A DNA stretch of 64,000 nucleotides, taken from Octopus vulgaris (taxonomy: Eukaryota). The translations under genes were made by a program, and so were the position numbers. Each line of letters begins with the position of its first letter. Positions within the stretch are counted from its first letter, which is position 1. A model generated the notes under the pieces. That model searched no databases and was not told where the DNA came from. It was given only the letters and a program-made list of their open reading frames with translations. The stretch covers positions 146,568,001 to 146,632,000 of the forward strand of contig OX597817.1 in assembly GCA_951406725.2 (NCBI GenBank). Direction: 5' to 3'. Of the stretch, positions 1 through 12,100 are shown one piece after another.

Positions 1-346
1 TAAAACTGCACAGCCTCCCCTGGCACCTGCGCCGGTGGCACGTAAAAAGCACCATCCGTACGTGGTCGATGCCAGTGCCACCTTGACTGGCTTCCGTGCC
101 GGTGGCACGTAAAAAGGACCAATCGATCATGGCCGTTGCCAGCCTCCCCTGGCACCTATGCTAGTGGCATGTAAAAAGCACCCACTACACTCATGGAGTG
201 GTTGGCATTAGGAAGGGCATCCAGCTGTAGAAACACTGCCAGATCAGACTGGAGCCTGATGCAGCCTCCTGGCTTCCCAGACCGTGGTTGAACCGTCCAA
301 CTCATGCTAGCATGGAAAACGGACGTTAACCGATGATGATGATGAT
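1..346 (+). mobile_element. RTE 3'-tail copy (truncated LINE or LINE-derived SINE)
   Basis: GTGCCGGTGGCACGTAAAAAGCACC units, AGGAAGGGCATCCAGCTGTAGAAAC, (GAT)n tail. Confidence 0.85.
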
Positions 347-3308
347 CTCAAGATGAATACCACAGTTAATTTGACTTTCTGTGATGTATCTGCATTAAAT
401 ATTATATATAAATTGCTATTTTAAACTAATACTGTTTCTGTTGCACATAACAATTTTAATTTTTATTATTGAGTGCTTTAGTTGCGTATTCTCAAATAGA
501 AAGAGGCTTGATATGTTCAGCAAATCAGTCTTTATGATGTTGAAGAGAATTACATTGCTCCATCTTCATTGAAAAATGAGAAACTCTCTCTACATTTACG
601 GAGATGTACTTGCATAGCAAGTGACCTGATCTGAGATCGTGTGCTGGAACAAAAACAATTGCAGCATGGAAGGTGTTTATAAGCCATTTAAGAAACACAC
701 AAAAACTGTTAGATTCACTTCAACATTTAAATTTAATTTGTCAAAATATTTTCATTGCTTTGATGCAATACCCTATCATTTATATTCTGACCCCCGTACC
801 TTGAGGGTATGCCCTGGCACTTTGCCACCATCCATCTCTCCCTTGCTCTACTCTACCATCCCATTTATATTCTGATCCCTGTTCCATGCTTTGGCACTTT
901 GCCACCATCCCTCTCCTGCTTTCTCTTGTATTCTTGCACTCTCTCTCTTTCTCTCTCTGTGACCAGATAACCATGTATCTCTTCTACAGCAAGACACCTG
1001 TTTCTGTCTCTCTTCACACTCTAACCTTTCATCATCTGACACAAGATCACCTCATCCAATGTCCTCTCCTCTCTGAAAGGATCTTTGTTTTGCTAATTAC
1101 TTGGTGACCCTGCCAATACTGGTGCCACATAAAAAGCATCCAGTCCACACTGTAAAGTGGTCAGCATTTGGAAGGGTATCCAGCTGTAAAAACCATACCA
1201 AAACTAACCTTGCCTGTGCACTCAGTCCACTCTTTGGGTTAGGTGATGTTAGTTTTTACAGCTGGGTGCGCTCCCTATGTCAAGATAGATAGTCTTCTGC
1301 CTAGCCAGCTCATGTCAAACTGTCCAACCCATGCCAGCATGGAAAGCAGACTTTAAATGATGGTGATGATATACATATACAATGCAGATATGGCTATAAT
1401 TCAAGCTGTGACCTCTTGAAATGCATCTGCTTATTCCAGTACTTCAAAGTGTTATTTGATTCTCTCTTTGAAGAATTTCTAATTGGAGATATCTTATGTT
1501 TCTCCTGCACGTACAATTTTGTAACTCCGATTAGCAAATGAAACCTATTGTTGGCATCCTTTTGTCTCAGGAGACAATGGAGTTGCACTTAAACTAATCC
1601 AGTCTGGTTTTTTATATTTCATGTCCTCTCCAGTCTTGTGCAGGCCTGGGCTGGATGTAAGAAAATCCTGGGTAGCCCAATCGTCAGGATTCCTCTCTCG
1701 ACCTTGTTGATATAATCCAAAGGAGTGCAGAGCATTACATTTAGCACCAGCTTGGTTGCAGGAGCTGCTGGAAGAGTGTTGAGTCAAACACTAAACCACC
1801 TACGGGGCTCCACTCCGGATTTCTTTGAAGGTTGTCTCCTTTCTGTAATCCTGGATAGGGGCTCATACCGGGTACTGTCAGCTGAGCCCGAGACTCGTGT
1901 CAGGCAGGGTCGTCACTCCCTGAAGCAGTGAAGAAAATCGCTACCCACTACCTACATGAAGCATGTGTAATGGTGAATAAATAATACCAAAAAATGTTCC
2001 CAATCTCCTGTTTTGCTATATACATATGTGTGTGTGTCTCCCCTTGACATCACAGACTAATTTTAAACTCATCACTATCATTCAAGTGGTGTTCTTTATT
2101 TGTAATCTTGAGTGTAAGCATGTCTGGCCATTGTGCTATTCTTGTTCAAAATACTAGGGGAAACATTACTTGGAAAAGTGGTGAGGATTGTCAACAGGAA
2201 GAGCATCTGACTAGAAAATCCAACTCAATGAATTTCATATGACATTTGTGAACATGGATGTTAAAACGAAAATGATGATAATAGCTTGTTTATGAATATG
2301 GGCACAATGAATGTGATTAAAAAGGTGACTCAATGTAGGACATTGATAACATTAATAGTAGGACTTTGTGGGAAATGGGAGATAAAATAGGGACCTTTGA
2401 TAAAGGACTTAGAGATGTCAAGTTAATAATAGCAACATTATTCATATTCTTCAAAGGAGCAAAAGCTCTTTGATTTGATAAGAGAAACTTGTAAACTGTT
2501 TTGACAAGCCATGTTTAAATGTCAAAGCATTTGTATTAATAAACTAAGACGGAGATATAGATTATATAGATAAAACCAAGTATAACACTACATAGATTAT
2601 TTTGTTGCCAAGTCTATTAGCGGAAAATGTGAGATTAAGCCTGAGTTTGCTAGGTGGTGGTAGTTGTACTGATATTTTGTTCCTTACCTTCTCAAGAGAA
2701 GGATGGATGTTTATGGCTTGAATGCCTTTTAATCATGCCTGTTTGGTTATGGCTGGCCTTGAAGGAAACTCTAACATAACTCAATCCCTCATAGTGAAAA
2801 AAATGCACTAAGTCATTTGTTATAAAGAGTTCAGAAAACAAGTCTGTCTTTCACCCACTTATAGTATTGATAATGTTTATTATAGTTTTCTTGATTTTAG
2901 GCTGAGTCACAACTTTATCACAATGGTGGCTTTTGTTGCTATAATGAGGAAATGGTGTATGAAAACATATTTTGTTCAGTGTGACATAAAAATATCAGGT
3001 GTTAGCTATTTACAATGACCTGCATAAATGTTCACTGACTGGGAGAGAGAGACAGACCGCTCTGAATTATTAAAAACTATGTGACAACATGTAGTTGACT
3101 CCCAAATATTTGAAATCTACTGTGCAGCAGAGATCTTTGGGTGTCTGCCCCTGGACATCTGTGCTCTAAGCTGTGTGCCAAATGATTTTTTTAGAGGGGT
3201 CCAGAAGCCAAAAACCGTGCTATGCCAACACACTGGTTGGTTGATTCAATCAGGCGAAACTATGGTGGCTTGCTTGTGGTTGAGGTTTCAAATCACAGCT
3301 ACAACTCC

Positions 3309-3672
3309 ATCATCATCATCATCATTTAACGTCTGTTGTCCATGCTTGCATGGGTTGGGCGGTTTGACTAGGGCTGGTAAGCTGGGGAGCAGCACCAGAC
3401 ATCAGTCTTATTTGGCATGGTTTCTACGGCTGGTTGCCCTTCCTAATGCCAACCACTCCAAGAGTATAATGGGTGCTTTTATGTGTTACCAGCACAGGTT
3501 CCAGTTATATGACACCAGCATTGGTCACATTGCCTCTGCGGGGCCCAGCACTCGAATGGTGTTTTTTATGTGTCACTGGAACTGATGCCTGTTACATGAA
3601 ACCAGTATCAGCCACATTGCCTCTGTGAGGCCCAACGATCAAATGGTGCTTTTTATGTGCCATCGGGATGGG
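3309..3672 (-). mobile_element. RTE 3'-tail copy
   Basis: (CAT)n followed by the reverse complement of the LINE 3'UTR. Confidence 0.8.
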
Positions 3673-3969
3673 TGCCATTTTTATTCATATCAATGTTAAA
3701 AATGTATTTTTCATTCATTTTCAACCTTGTGTCTTGTTCCAAGACACATAAAGAAAAAGTGTGCTTTTTTCTCTTCTTCTGTAGATTAAGCTACTCCATT
3801 CCTTCAAGATAATTATCCATCACAGATTTTCAGAGAATGTTTTGAAATTGTGTTCATTTGTCTAGAGCAGTGGTTCCCAACCATTCTTTGCCTATGAACC
3901 CATTTCATTCCTAGTTTACTCACTCACACGGCTCCTCATGGCCATTCCATATTTAAGATATCTTATAGG

Positions 3970-4375
3970 TCAAGGAGTGGTTGTGTGGTAAGTAGCTTGC
4001 TTACCAACCACATGGTTTCAGGTTCAGTCCCATTGCATGGCACCTTGGGCAAGTGTTTTCTATTATAGCCTCGGTCGACACAAAATTATGTGAGTGGATT
4101 TGCTAGACAGAAACTGAAAGAAGCCCATCAAATATATATATATGTATGTGTGTATTTGTTTGTGAGTCTGTGTTTGTGTTCCCCTCCCCACCATCGCTTG
4201 ACAACTGATGCTGGTCTGTTTACATCCCTGTAACTTAGCAGTTCGACAAAGGAGTATAAGTACTAGGCTTGCAAAGAATAAGTCCTGGGGTCGATTTGCG
4301 TGACTAAAGGCGGTGCTCCAGCATGGCCACAGTCAAATGACTGAAACAAGTTAAAAGAATAAAAAGAAAAAGAAT
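3970..4375 (+). mobile_element. tRNA-head SINE family 1; further copies at about 4650-5003(-), 8790-8895(-), 25318-25728(-), 33335-33736(+), 34850-35180(+), 41340-41525(+), 49635-50000(-), 57230-57365(+)
   Basis: Family A-box TGGCTGTGTGGT and B-box GGTTCAGTCCC, internal (TA/TG)n, tail GTCAAATGACTGAAACAAGT. Confidence 0.85.
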
Positions 4376-5635
4376 ATTTGTATCCTTAAATATTATTTAG
4401 AATTATATAAAAATAATTAAAATATTTTGTGTATTGTAGAAGCATAACCAGTTTATTGCTCACAAATTTTAACAACAAAATCTTATATGCACCCTCAAGG
4501 ACCATACAGACCCTAGAAAATTGGTCTCAATGAATACTCTTTCTTATTTTTATATATTCTTTAGTATTTTACAGACAAAAAAGTAATATTTTGAATGCAG
4601 TATAGCTGCAAAAACAGCAGAAAGATTGGGTATCATCATCATAATTTTTTTTTCTACTTGTTTCAGTCATTTGACTGCAGCCATACTGGAGCACCACCTT
4701 TAGTTGAGAAAATTGATCCCAGGACTTATTCTTTGTACTTATTCTATCGGTCATTTCTGCCAAACTGCTAAATTATGGGGACATAAACACAACAGCATCG
4801 GTTGTCCAGCGATGTTGGAGGGACAAACACAGACATACAAACATATACACACACATACATACATATATATATATGACGGTCTTCTTTCAGTTTCTGTCTA
4901 CCAAGGCTATAGTAGAAGGCACTTGCACAAGGTGTCACGCAGTGGAACTGAACCCGGAACCATGTGATTGGTAAGCAAGCTACTTACCACACAGCCACTC
5001 CTGCGGTCCACTTTCCATGCTGGCATGGGTTGGACGGTTTGATATGGAGCTGGCTAGCAGGGAGCTGGCCACACTCCAACTGTCTGCTGTGACATGGTTT
5101 CTATAGTTGGATGCCCTTCCCAATGCCAACCACTTAACAGAGCATGCTGAGTATTTTTTATGTGCAACCAGCATGGGTGCATTTATGCAGCATTGTCATA
5201 GGTGCATTAACACATGTTTTCTACAGCTGGATGACCTTCCTAATGCCCACCACTCTGAGAGTGTAATGGGTACTTTTACGTGCCACCAGCACAGGTGCCA
5301 GTTATATGACACCAGCATTGGTCACATTGCCTCCGTCAGGCCAAGTGCTCGAATGGTGCTTTTTATGTGCCACTGGCATAGATGCCTGTTACGTGACACC
5401 AGTATTGACCATGGGTGCTTTTTAAGTGGCACTGACACCTGAAAGGACAACCCTGTACATGTGGAAGACAGCAATTTTACTTACTTTGATGTGTCTTATT
5501 AAGTACAGCAAATCCCCACATTTCCTGGTCCCTTGTTATTTCCTCAGTGCGGGATGATAAACCTTGATATAGTTTTATATTTTAAAAAAAACCCTCTATA
5601 CAAATTTACATAATTACTCAGCACAAGTCCAGTAC

Positions 5636-5940
5636 ATCAACATCAAAATAAATATCAAATGGAAATTGTAGTTGTGATACCTGTGCTGGTGGCACGTAAA
5701 AAACACCAACCTATTGTGACCGCTGCCAGCCTCCCCTGGCAGCTGTACCGGTGGCATGTAAAAAACACCCACTACACTCATGGAGTGGTTGGCGTTAGGA
5801 AGGGCATCCAACTGTAGAAACACTGCCAGATCAGACTGGAGCCTGATGTAGCCTCCTGGCTTCCCAAACCCCGGTTGAACAGTCCAACCCGTGCTAGCAC
5901 GGAAAACGGACGTTAAATGATGATGATGATGATGATGATG
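5636..5940 (+). mobile_element. RTE 3'-tail copy
   Basis: Same motifs and (GAT)n tail. Confidence 0.85.
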
Positions 5941-6062
5941 CTTGCAGCTTCTCTAGTGGTCTGGTGTTATTTTTATGGCATAAGAAAACCCAACTAATGA
6001 TGTACTTTGTTTTCAATGTAATCTTGTATTATATTTATATTTTTCTTTTTTTTTTATTCTAG

Positions 6063-6156
6063 TCAAATCTTATTTACCCTGAAATATCAAACAATGAAGA
6101 ACTTGATGAACTTAACCAAATGCATGAACAAGTGGAGCGTTTCTTCTTGGAAGAAG
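6063..6156 (+). CDS. ACAD9: ACAD9 exon ([31 protein letters not shown])
   Basis: Polypyrimidine tract and AG at 6061-6062; GT at 6157. Confidence 0.9.
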
Positions 6157-9100
6157 GTAAATTCCACCTTATTAGTATATTCAGAAATTATGTAGATTAT
6201 TTTACAAATTCTGTGGCCAGCAACTGTGTTAGTGTGTATGTGTGGGGAGAGCAACATTGTTATCATTTGAAAATGTAGTTTGATGAATGACTAAATTTGA
6301 AATCAACAAAGCAGAAATAATAAAATGTAAAAGTAACACAATCATCATCATCATTGTTTAATGTCTACTTTCTATGCTAGCATGGGTTGGAAAGTTTGAC
6401 TGGGTCTGCAGAGCCAGGAGGCTGTACCAGGCTCCAATCTGATCTGGCAAAGTTTCTACAGCTGGATGCCCTTCTCAATACCAACTACTCTGAGAGTGTA
6501 GTGGGTGCATTTTATGTGCTCACCAGCATGAGGGCAGTCACATGGTACTGGCATCAACCACACTTGAATAGTGCTTTTTACATGCCACTGGCATGGAGCC
6601 AGTCAGGCAGTACTGGCATCGACCACACTCGAATGGTGTTTTTTACATGCCACCGGCATAGAGCCAGTCAGGCAGTACTGGCATTGACCACACTTGAATG
6701 GTGCTTCTTATGTGCCACTGGCATGGAGCCAGTCAGGTGGCATTGGCAATGATCACTCTTGAATGGTGCTTTTAATGTGCCACCGGCATGGAGCCAGTCA
6801 TGCGGCATTGGCATCGACCACAATGAAAGCAACCAAATATGATGTTCAATACAAAGAAAATACTGTATTCTTGCATCAAATTACTAAAATTTAGTGGAGT
6901 GGTGGGCAAAGTAATTTTATGTTATTTAGTTCAATCATACACAAACTCCTTGTTTAAATATAGCAGTTTAACATTATTGGATATACTAATTGAACATATT
7001 CTTGGAAGTTTGAATGATCTCATTGTTTGTTGACATCTGGCATCTCGAATACAAAAAGTCATAACAAAAGTCAGTGCTGGCTATATTTTCTATAGAAAAT
7101 CTGCAGAGATAACCTTAATGAGTGATGTAAAAGCACTACTAACACAGTAGAACATGCTATTGACTTATAAAAAACAAACATTTGGTATACTTTGTAGTAT
7201 GTTGTGGTTGCATAACAAAATGCCATATCCCTACAGGTCCCTACTGTAAGAGTTGTGTTGTTGATGGTTATTCATAAATATGTCAGAATGTTTCAATTGC
7301 CATAGAATTGTATTTTGCAGCACTGTAAATATTTTCATTTTATCAGTAAAGGCGAAATAACCAAATAGATAAGACTATCATATGGGTGACAGGTTTTGTG
7401 TTTGTTACTAATTTAGAATCATTGGCAGTTTTTTTTTGTAAGTTTATTTGGAGGATTTCAAGTCAATTTTTATAAAAATAACTTTTCAAAACTATTTGTA
7501 GTTAATTATTAATGGTAATTTAATATGTATTTTAGTTGATTCTCAGAAGATTGACAGTGATGCACACATTCCTGAAGACACATTGAAAATGATAGCAGAA
7601 ATGGGACTTTTTGGCCAACAAGTACCTACAAAATATGGTAAATATGATTACTGAAATTTTTAAAAATTTAGAAAAGTTTGTTTAATATTTTCTTCATTTG
7701 ATGAAACTCTTTGACAGAATACCATATTCTGTGGTCTGATAGAGTCATGCAAGTTATGTATTGAGATGCTGTGAGTTCAGGTAGGAATTTAGCATGCAAG
7801 TAAATTCTTGGTTCTTAGCCTCCTCTTGTTTATTACAATTCTCCAAGTCATAACAGAGAAATTAAGACTAACTGTTGGAACCTCCTATGTATGCTGATGG
7901 CCCAGTTTTCCTACCTGAGTCTGTTGAAAATTTAGTCAAGAATTTCCAAATGTGGATGGTAAATCTAGACTCAAGCGATCTTATAGTAAACTTAGCAAAG
8001 ACAAGGTTTTAGGGAGCAAGTAAGATAGATGAAATTCTACAACCATTAGGGTAGTGACTGTGCATGCATAATATGCAGAAAATTGTTCGATAAGAATTCT
8101 ATACAATCTACTAAATATAAACTAAGGATGCCCAAACAGGACTTCATCTAAAGTAGATGTGCAGGAGAAATTAACTAAGAGAATAAAATATATTTTGTCA
8201 ACTTGGAAAGTTCCATAGAAGTTGTTGACAGTTTCTATTTCCTAGATGTCCTAATTAGCAGTGAAATTTAGTGCTCCATGGACATTACGGTCAGAGAATG
8301 AATGGGTGGAGAAGGTTAAGAGAGCTATTATCTCTACTGACAACAACAAAGATGTTATCTCTCTGAATGAAGGGCCGAGTGTATAAAACTTGTATTCAAT
8401 GTGTGATGCTGCATAGCAGCAAACATGAACATTGAACATAGAGGTTGTGTGAAAGTTGGAAAGAAATGATACTAATTAGCTCCACTGGGTGTATAATGTA
8501 ATTGCATCAGTGCATGAGAGACAATTGGATTGGTACAGACTTGTGATTTGTATGGTGGATGACAATTGTGTAAAGATATGCTTGACAACCGAACTGAAGG
8601 AATCCATGGAAAAGAAAGACAGGAATAAATGGTGAAGATTGATGTCATGAGGAAGATGACAAATAACCACAAGTGGTGAGACAGTGCTGAAAAAGATCTA
8701 TCCAACCCATGCAAGCATGGAGAAGAATGGATGTACAATGATTAGGATATGTTTATTATTGTTAGTATTTAAAGTCACTAGGCTGCCTTGAGGCTATAGT
8801 AGAAGATACTTGCCCATGGTGCTATGCAGTGGGACTGAACCCGGAACCATGTGGTTGGTAAGCAAGCTACTTACCACACAGCCACTCCTATGCCTACGCC
8901 ATTCTGAACTATATTCTCAAGAATGTCATTTCTCCAGTTCAGTATAGGACCGTAAATATACTAGTTTGGTAGCTTAAGCAAGAAGAACTAATAAATTATT
9001 TTCATTCGTTTCAGGTGGACTTGGATTAAATGCTACCAAATATGCAAGACTTGCAGAAGCAACAGCTTTAGATTCATCAATTGCTGTCACGTTAGCAGCA

Positions 9101-12100
9101 CACCAATCTATAGGTTTGAAGGTAAACAAAAATTTAATTTCATCTTTTTTCATCTTTCCCTTGTTCCATTGGCCTGCAGCCATGCTGGGGCACCACCTTA
9201 ACCCTTTCATTACCAACCTGACTAAAACTGGCTCTGGCTCTGAGTACAAGTGTCTTGTTTTCATAAGTTCTGAATTAAAATCTTCCACCAAACCTTAGTC
9301 ACAATTTATATTCCTAACACTAGCTTAATGATAACAAAGTTATTTTGCTAAATTCTTTGTTATATTTAAAGTAACTGAAAGAAACAGAGAGCTTCTCAAG
9401 ATAAATACAGTAATGAAAGGATTAAAGAACTTTTTGTTGAATGAATCAACACCGGTACTTTTTTTTTTTAAGCCTGGTATTTATTCTATCAGTCTCTTTT
9501 GCTGAACTGCTAAGTTATGATGTAAACAAACTAACATCAGTTATCAAACAGTGTGGTGGTGGGGACAGACACCAACACACACATACACATATTCATGATG
9601 GGCTTCTTTCAGTTTCCATGTACCAAATCTACTCACAGATCTACTATAGCCTCAGGTTATAGTAGAAGACACTTTCCCAATGTTCCAAGCAGTGGGACTG
9701 AACCCAGAACCATATGGTTGGGAAGCAAACTTCTTACTGCACAACCATGCCGGCACCTATCATCATGCCTACGTGTCCAAAGTAGGAAAATATTATTTAA
9801 AAAAAAATCTAATTGTGATATTGTTTATAAATTAATTCAAATTTGGAAATTTTCTGGTATTTTTGATATCAGTTATTGTTTAATGATTGATTTTAGAAAA
9901 CCCGACTCGCTAAAATTTTTTGCTTCAGCATTTCATGTAATCGTTCCCACTTTCAGAGCCAATCAGTTAATGCCAAAAATAATAAAAATATTGATGAGTG
10001 TAAAAACAAATTGGAAGAGGGTTTTGTTACAAACATTGATAATGTGGCTGGCTAAAGTATGGCGTTAAAGTTGCTGTTGCAAAACAAGTTGTTATCAGCC
10101 ATGCTAAAAACACTATTGTAAAAGATGTGACCAGATTTCTATGACTGTAATGAAATTGGGATCACTACTTTTAACCCTTTAGTGTTCGCATTATTCTGCC
10201 AAAATGAATGGTTTTTTATCCACTTTGTCTTGAACTAATCATGCATTATCTTGTAGCTATGAGATTTTGATGAGGTAGCTGTTAAATTTTAAAACGATAT
10301 TGTAGGGTTGGTGTGAGAGACCAGATCTGGCCACTCTGAACATAAAACAGGTAGAATATTTTGGCCGGATATTGCCGGTTTACATGCTAAAGGGTTAACC
10401 TAAGATGAGCCTTATTTCATAAACTGCAGGCATTTTAAAACAGTAGTTTGTACCTGAATTTAATACTATTATGATTCATAGATGACTTCGTTAGTTTTCC
10501 GTGGCTGTTTCATTACTGCTCATTGCTGCTTTGTGTTGTCATCAAACCAGCTTGCATTGCCTTTTTACATGTTATTAGCTAAGACAAATTTCCATATCTG
10601 TTCATCATCACATAAGCTAAAACTAAAGGGAGCTTCACTGAGTAGTCTTGGGCATATATCAGAAAGTAAACCAGGATGAGTTTGATAAGGAATTTCTATT
10701 TTAATGCCTAGCCTTATCAGAGACTGATCAACATGGACGTGTGCCAGTAGAGCTCAAAATTCAATGTAACTAGTCTGAGTTTGAACCTTGGCTGGTCAAA
10801 GTCGAGAACGATTATTGAAGGAATACAGTCAAGTCTTTGGATGAGTTGTGAGCAAATGCTTGTAGACTGATAATTTCCTTGGATACCGAAATCAATTACA
10901 TCATGTTTGACAGATTCAGTAGCTTTCTCAATATGCCTATAGCTGTGGGGAGGTTTATAGTCAAAGCATTCTGATATTATGATCATATTCATACTCCACC
11001 CCACTTTTTTTTAATATTATTTAATTTCATTAATTTTTAGTTCTCTAATAATAATTAGATCCTGCAAAAATCGTAAAAAAATTCTCTTTTTGAAAATGTA
11101 TTTGATCCATCTTGAAATACTCAATCCGTATCTTCTAAGTGATTTTTTTTTTCTGTTAGCAATTAATCTTCCTAATTTTTGATATTGAAATTGTTTTATT
11201 AATTACTTATAATCATCAATCTTTTATTTTTACCCTGTATTATTTATTTATCCTCTTCTATTATTTTTCTTATTTTAATTCTTAATTTACTTCACAAATG
11301 AAATCAATGTAATTCATCAGAATCAATGAACTAATAATAAAAGATACAGTTATTCCATTTAAACTTCCATGCTTTCTGAGATTCACCAACACTACACCTG
11401 ATTTTCTCCCCTCCATACACACACAAGCATGTATCTGACTCATACATTGTTCGCTTTCCAGACATTTGTACATTACTGGCCTATACTTTATACACATTTT
11501 CTGACAAGTTGTGGTGCACCTGAGCACTGTATACAATAATTTCATTATTATTATATTATAATGTACATTTTGCAATGTGAAATGAAAGTTTTATTTTTAA
11601 TATTGAATTTCTCCAATTTTATAGGGAATTCTTTTGTTTGGAAATGAAGAACAAAAGATGAAATATTTACCCAAACTTGCTGCTGGGGAAGAAATTGCTG
11701 CTTTTTGTTTGACAGAGCCTTCTAGGTGAGAAATTACTTTAAAAAATACTGTTGTTCAAACTAGATGTCATAAGTTATTGTGAATTAAAGATTTATGGAG
11801 GTGCGTGGCTTAGTGGTTAGGGTATTTGACTCACAATCGTAAGGCTGTGAGTTTGATTCCCAGTGATGCATCATGTCCTTGACCAACACACTTTATTTTC
11901 ACTTTGCTCCAGTCCACTTAATGGCAAAAATGAGTAGTAGCTGTATTTCAAAGGGCCAGCCTTGTCACATTCTATGTCATGTTGAATCTCTCTGAGAACT
12001 ATGTTAAGGGTACGCATATCTGTGGAGTGTTCAACCTCTTACACATTAATCTCGTGAGCAGATCAACTGGACCCCTCATTGTCATAACCAACAGAGAGCC

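Noticed and set aside
1-6062. First ACAD9 coding exon (mitochondrial presequence, F.K.LFLG motif)
   Set aside because: No matching exon was found by eye; it probably lies upstream of the window
9553-10068. 171-aa ORF
   Set aside because: It runs through a SINE into AT-rich intron, starts at GTG and has no recognisable domain
11798-11870. tRNA-like sequences (also SINE heads at about 3970, 23695, 33335, 37018)
   Set aside because: A and B boxes are present but there is no complete cloverleaf, and each continues into a shared SINE body
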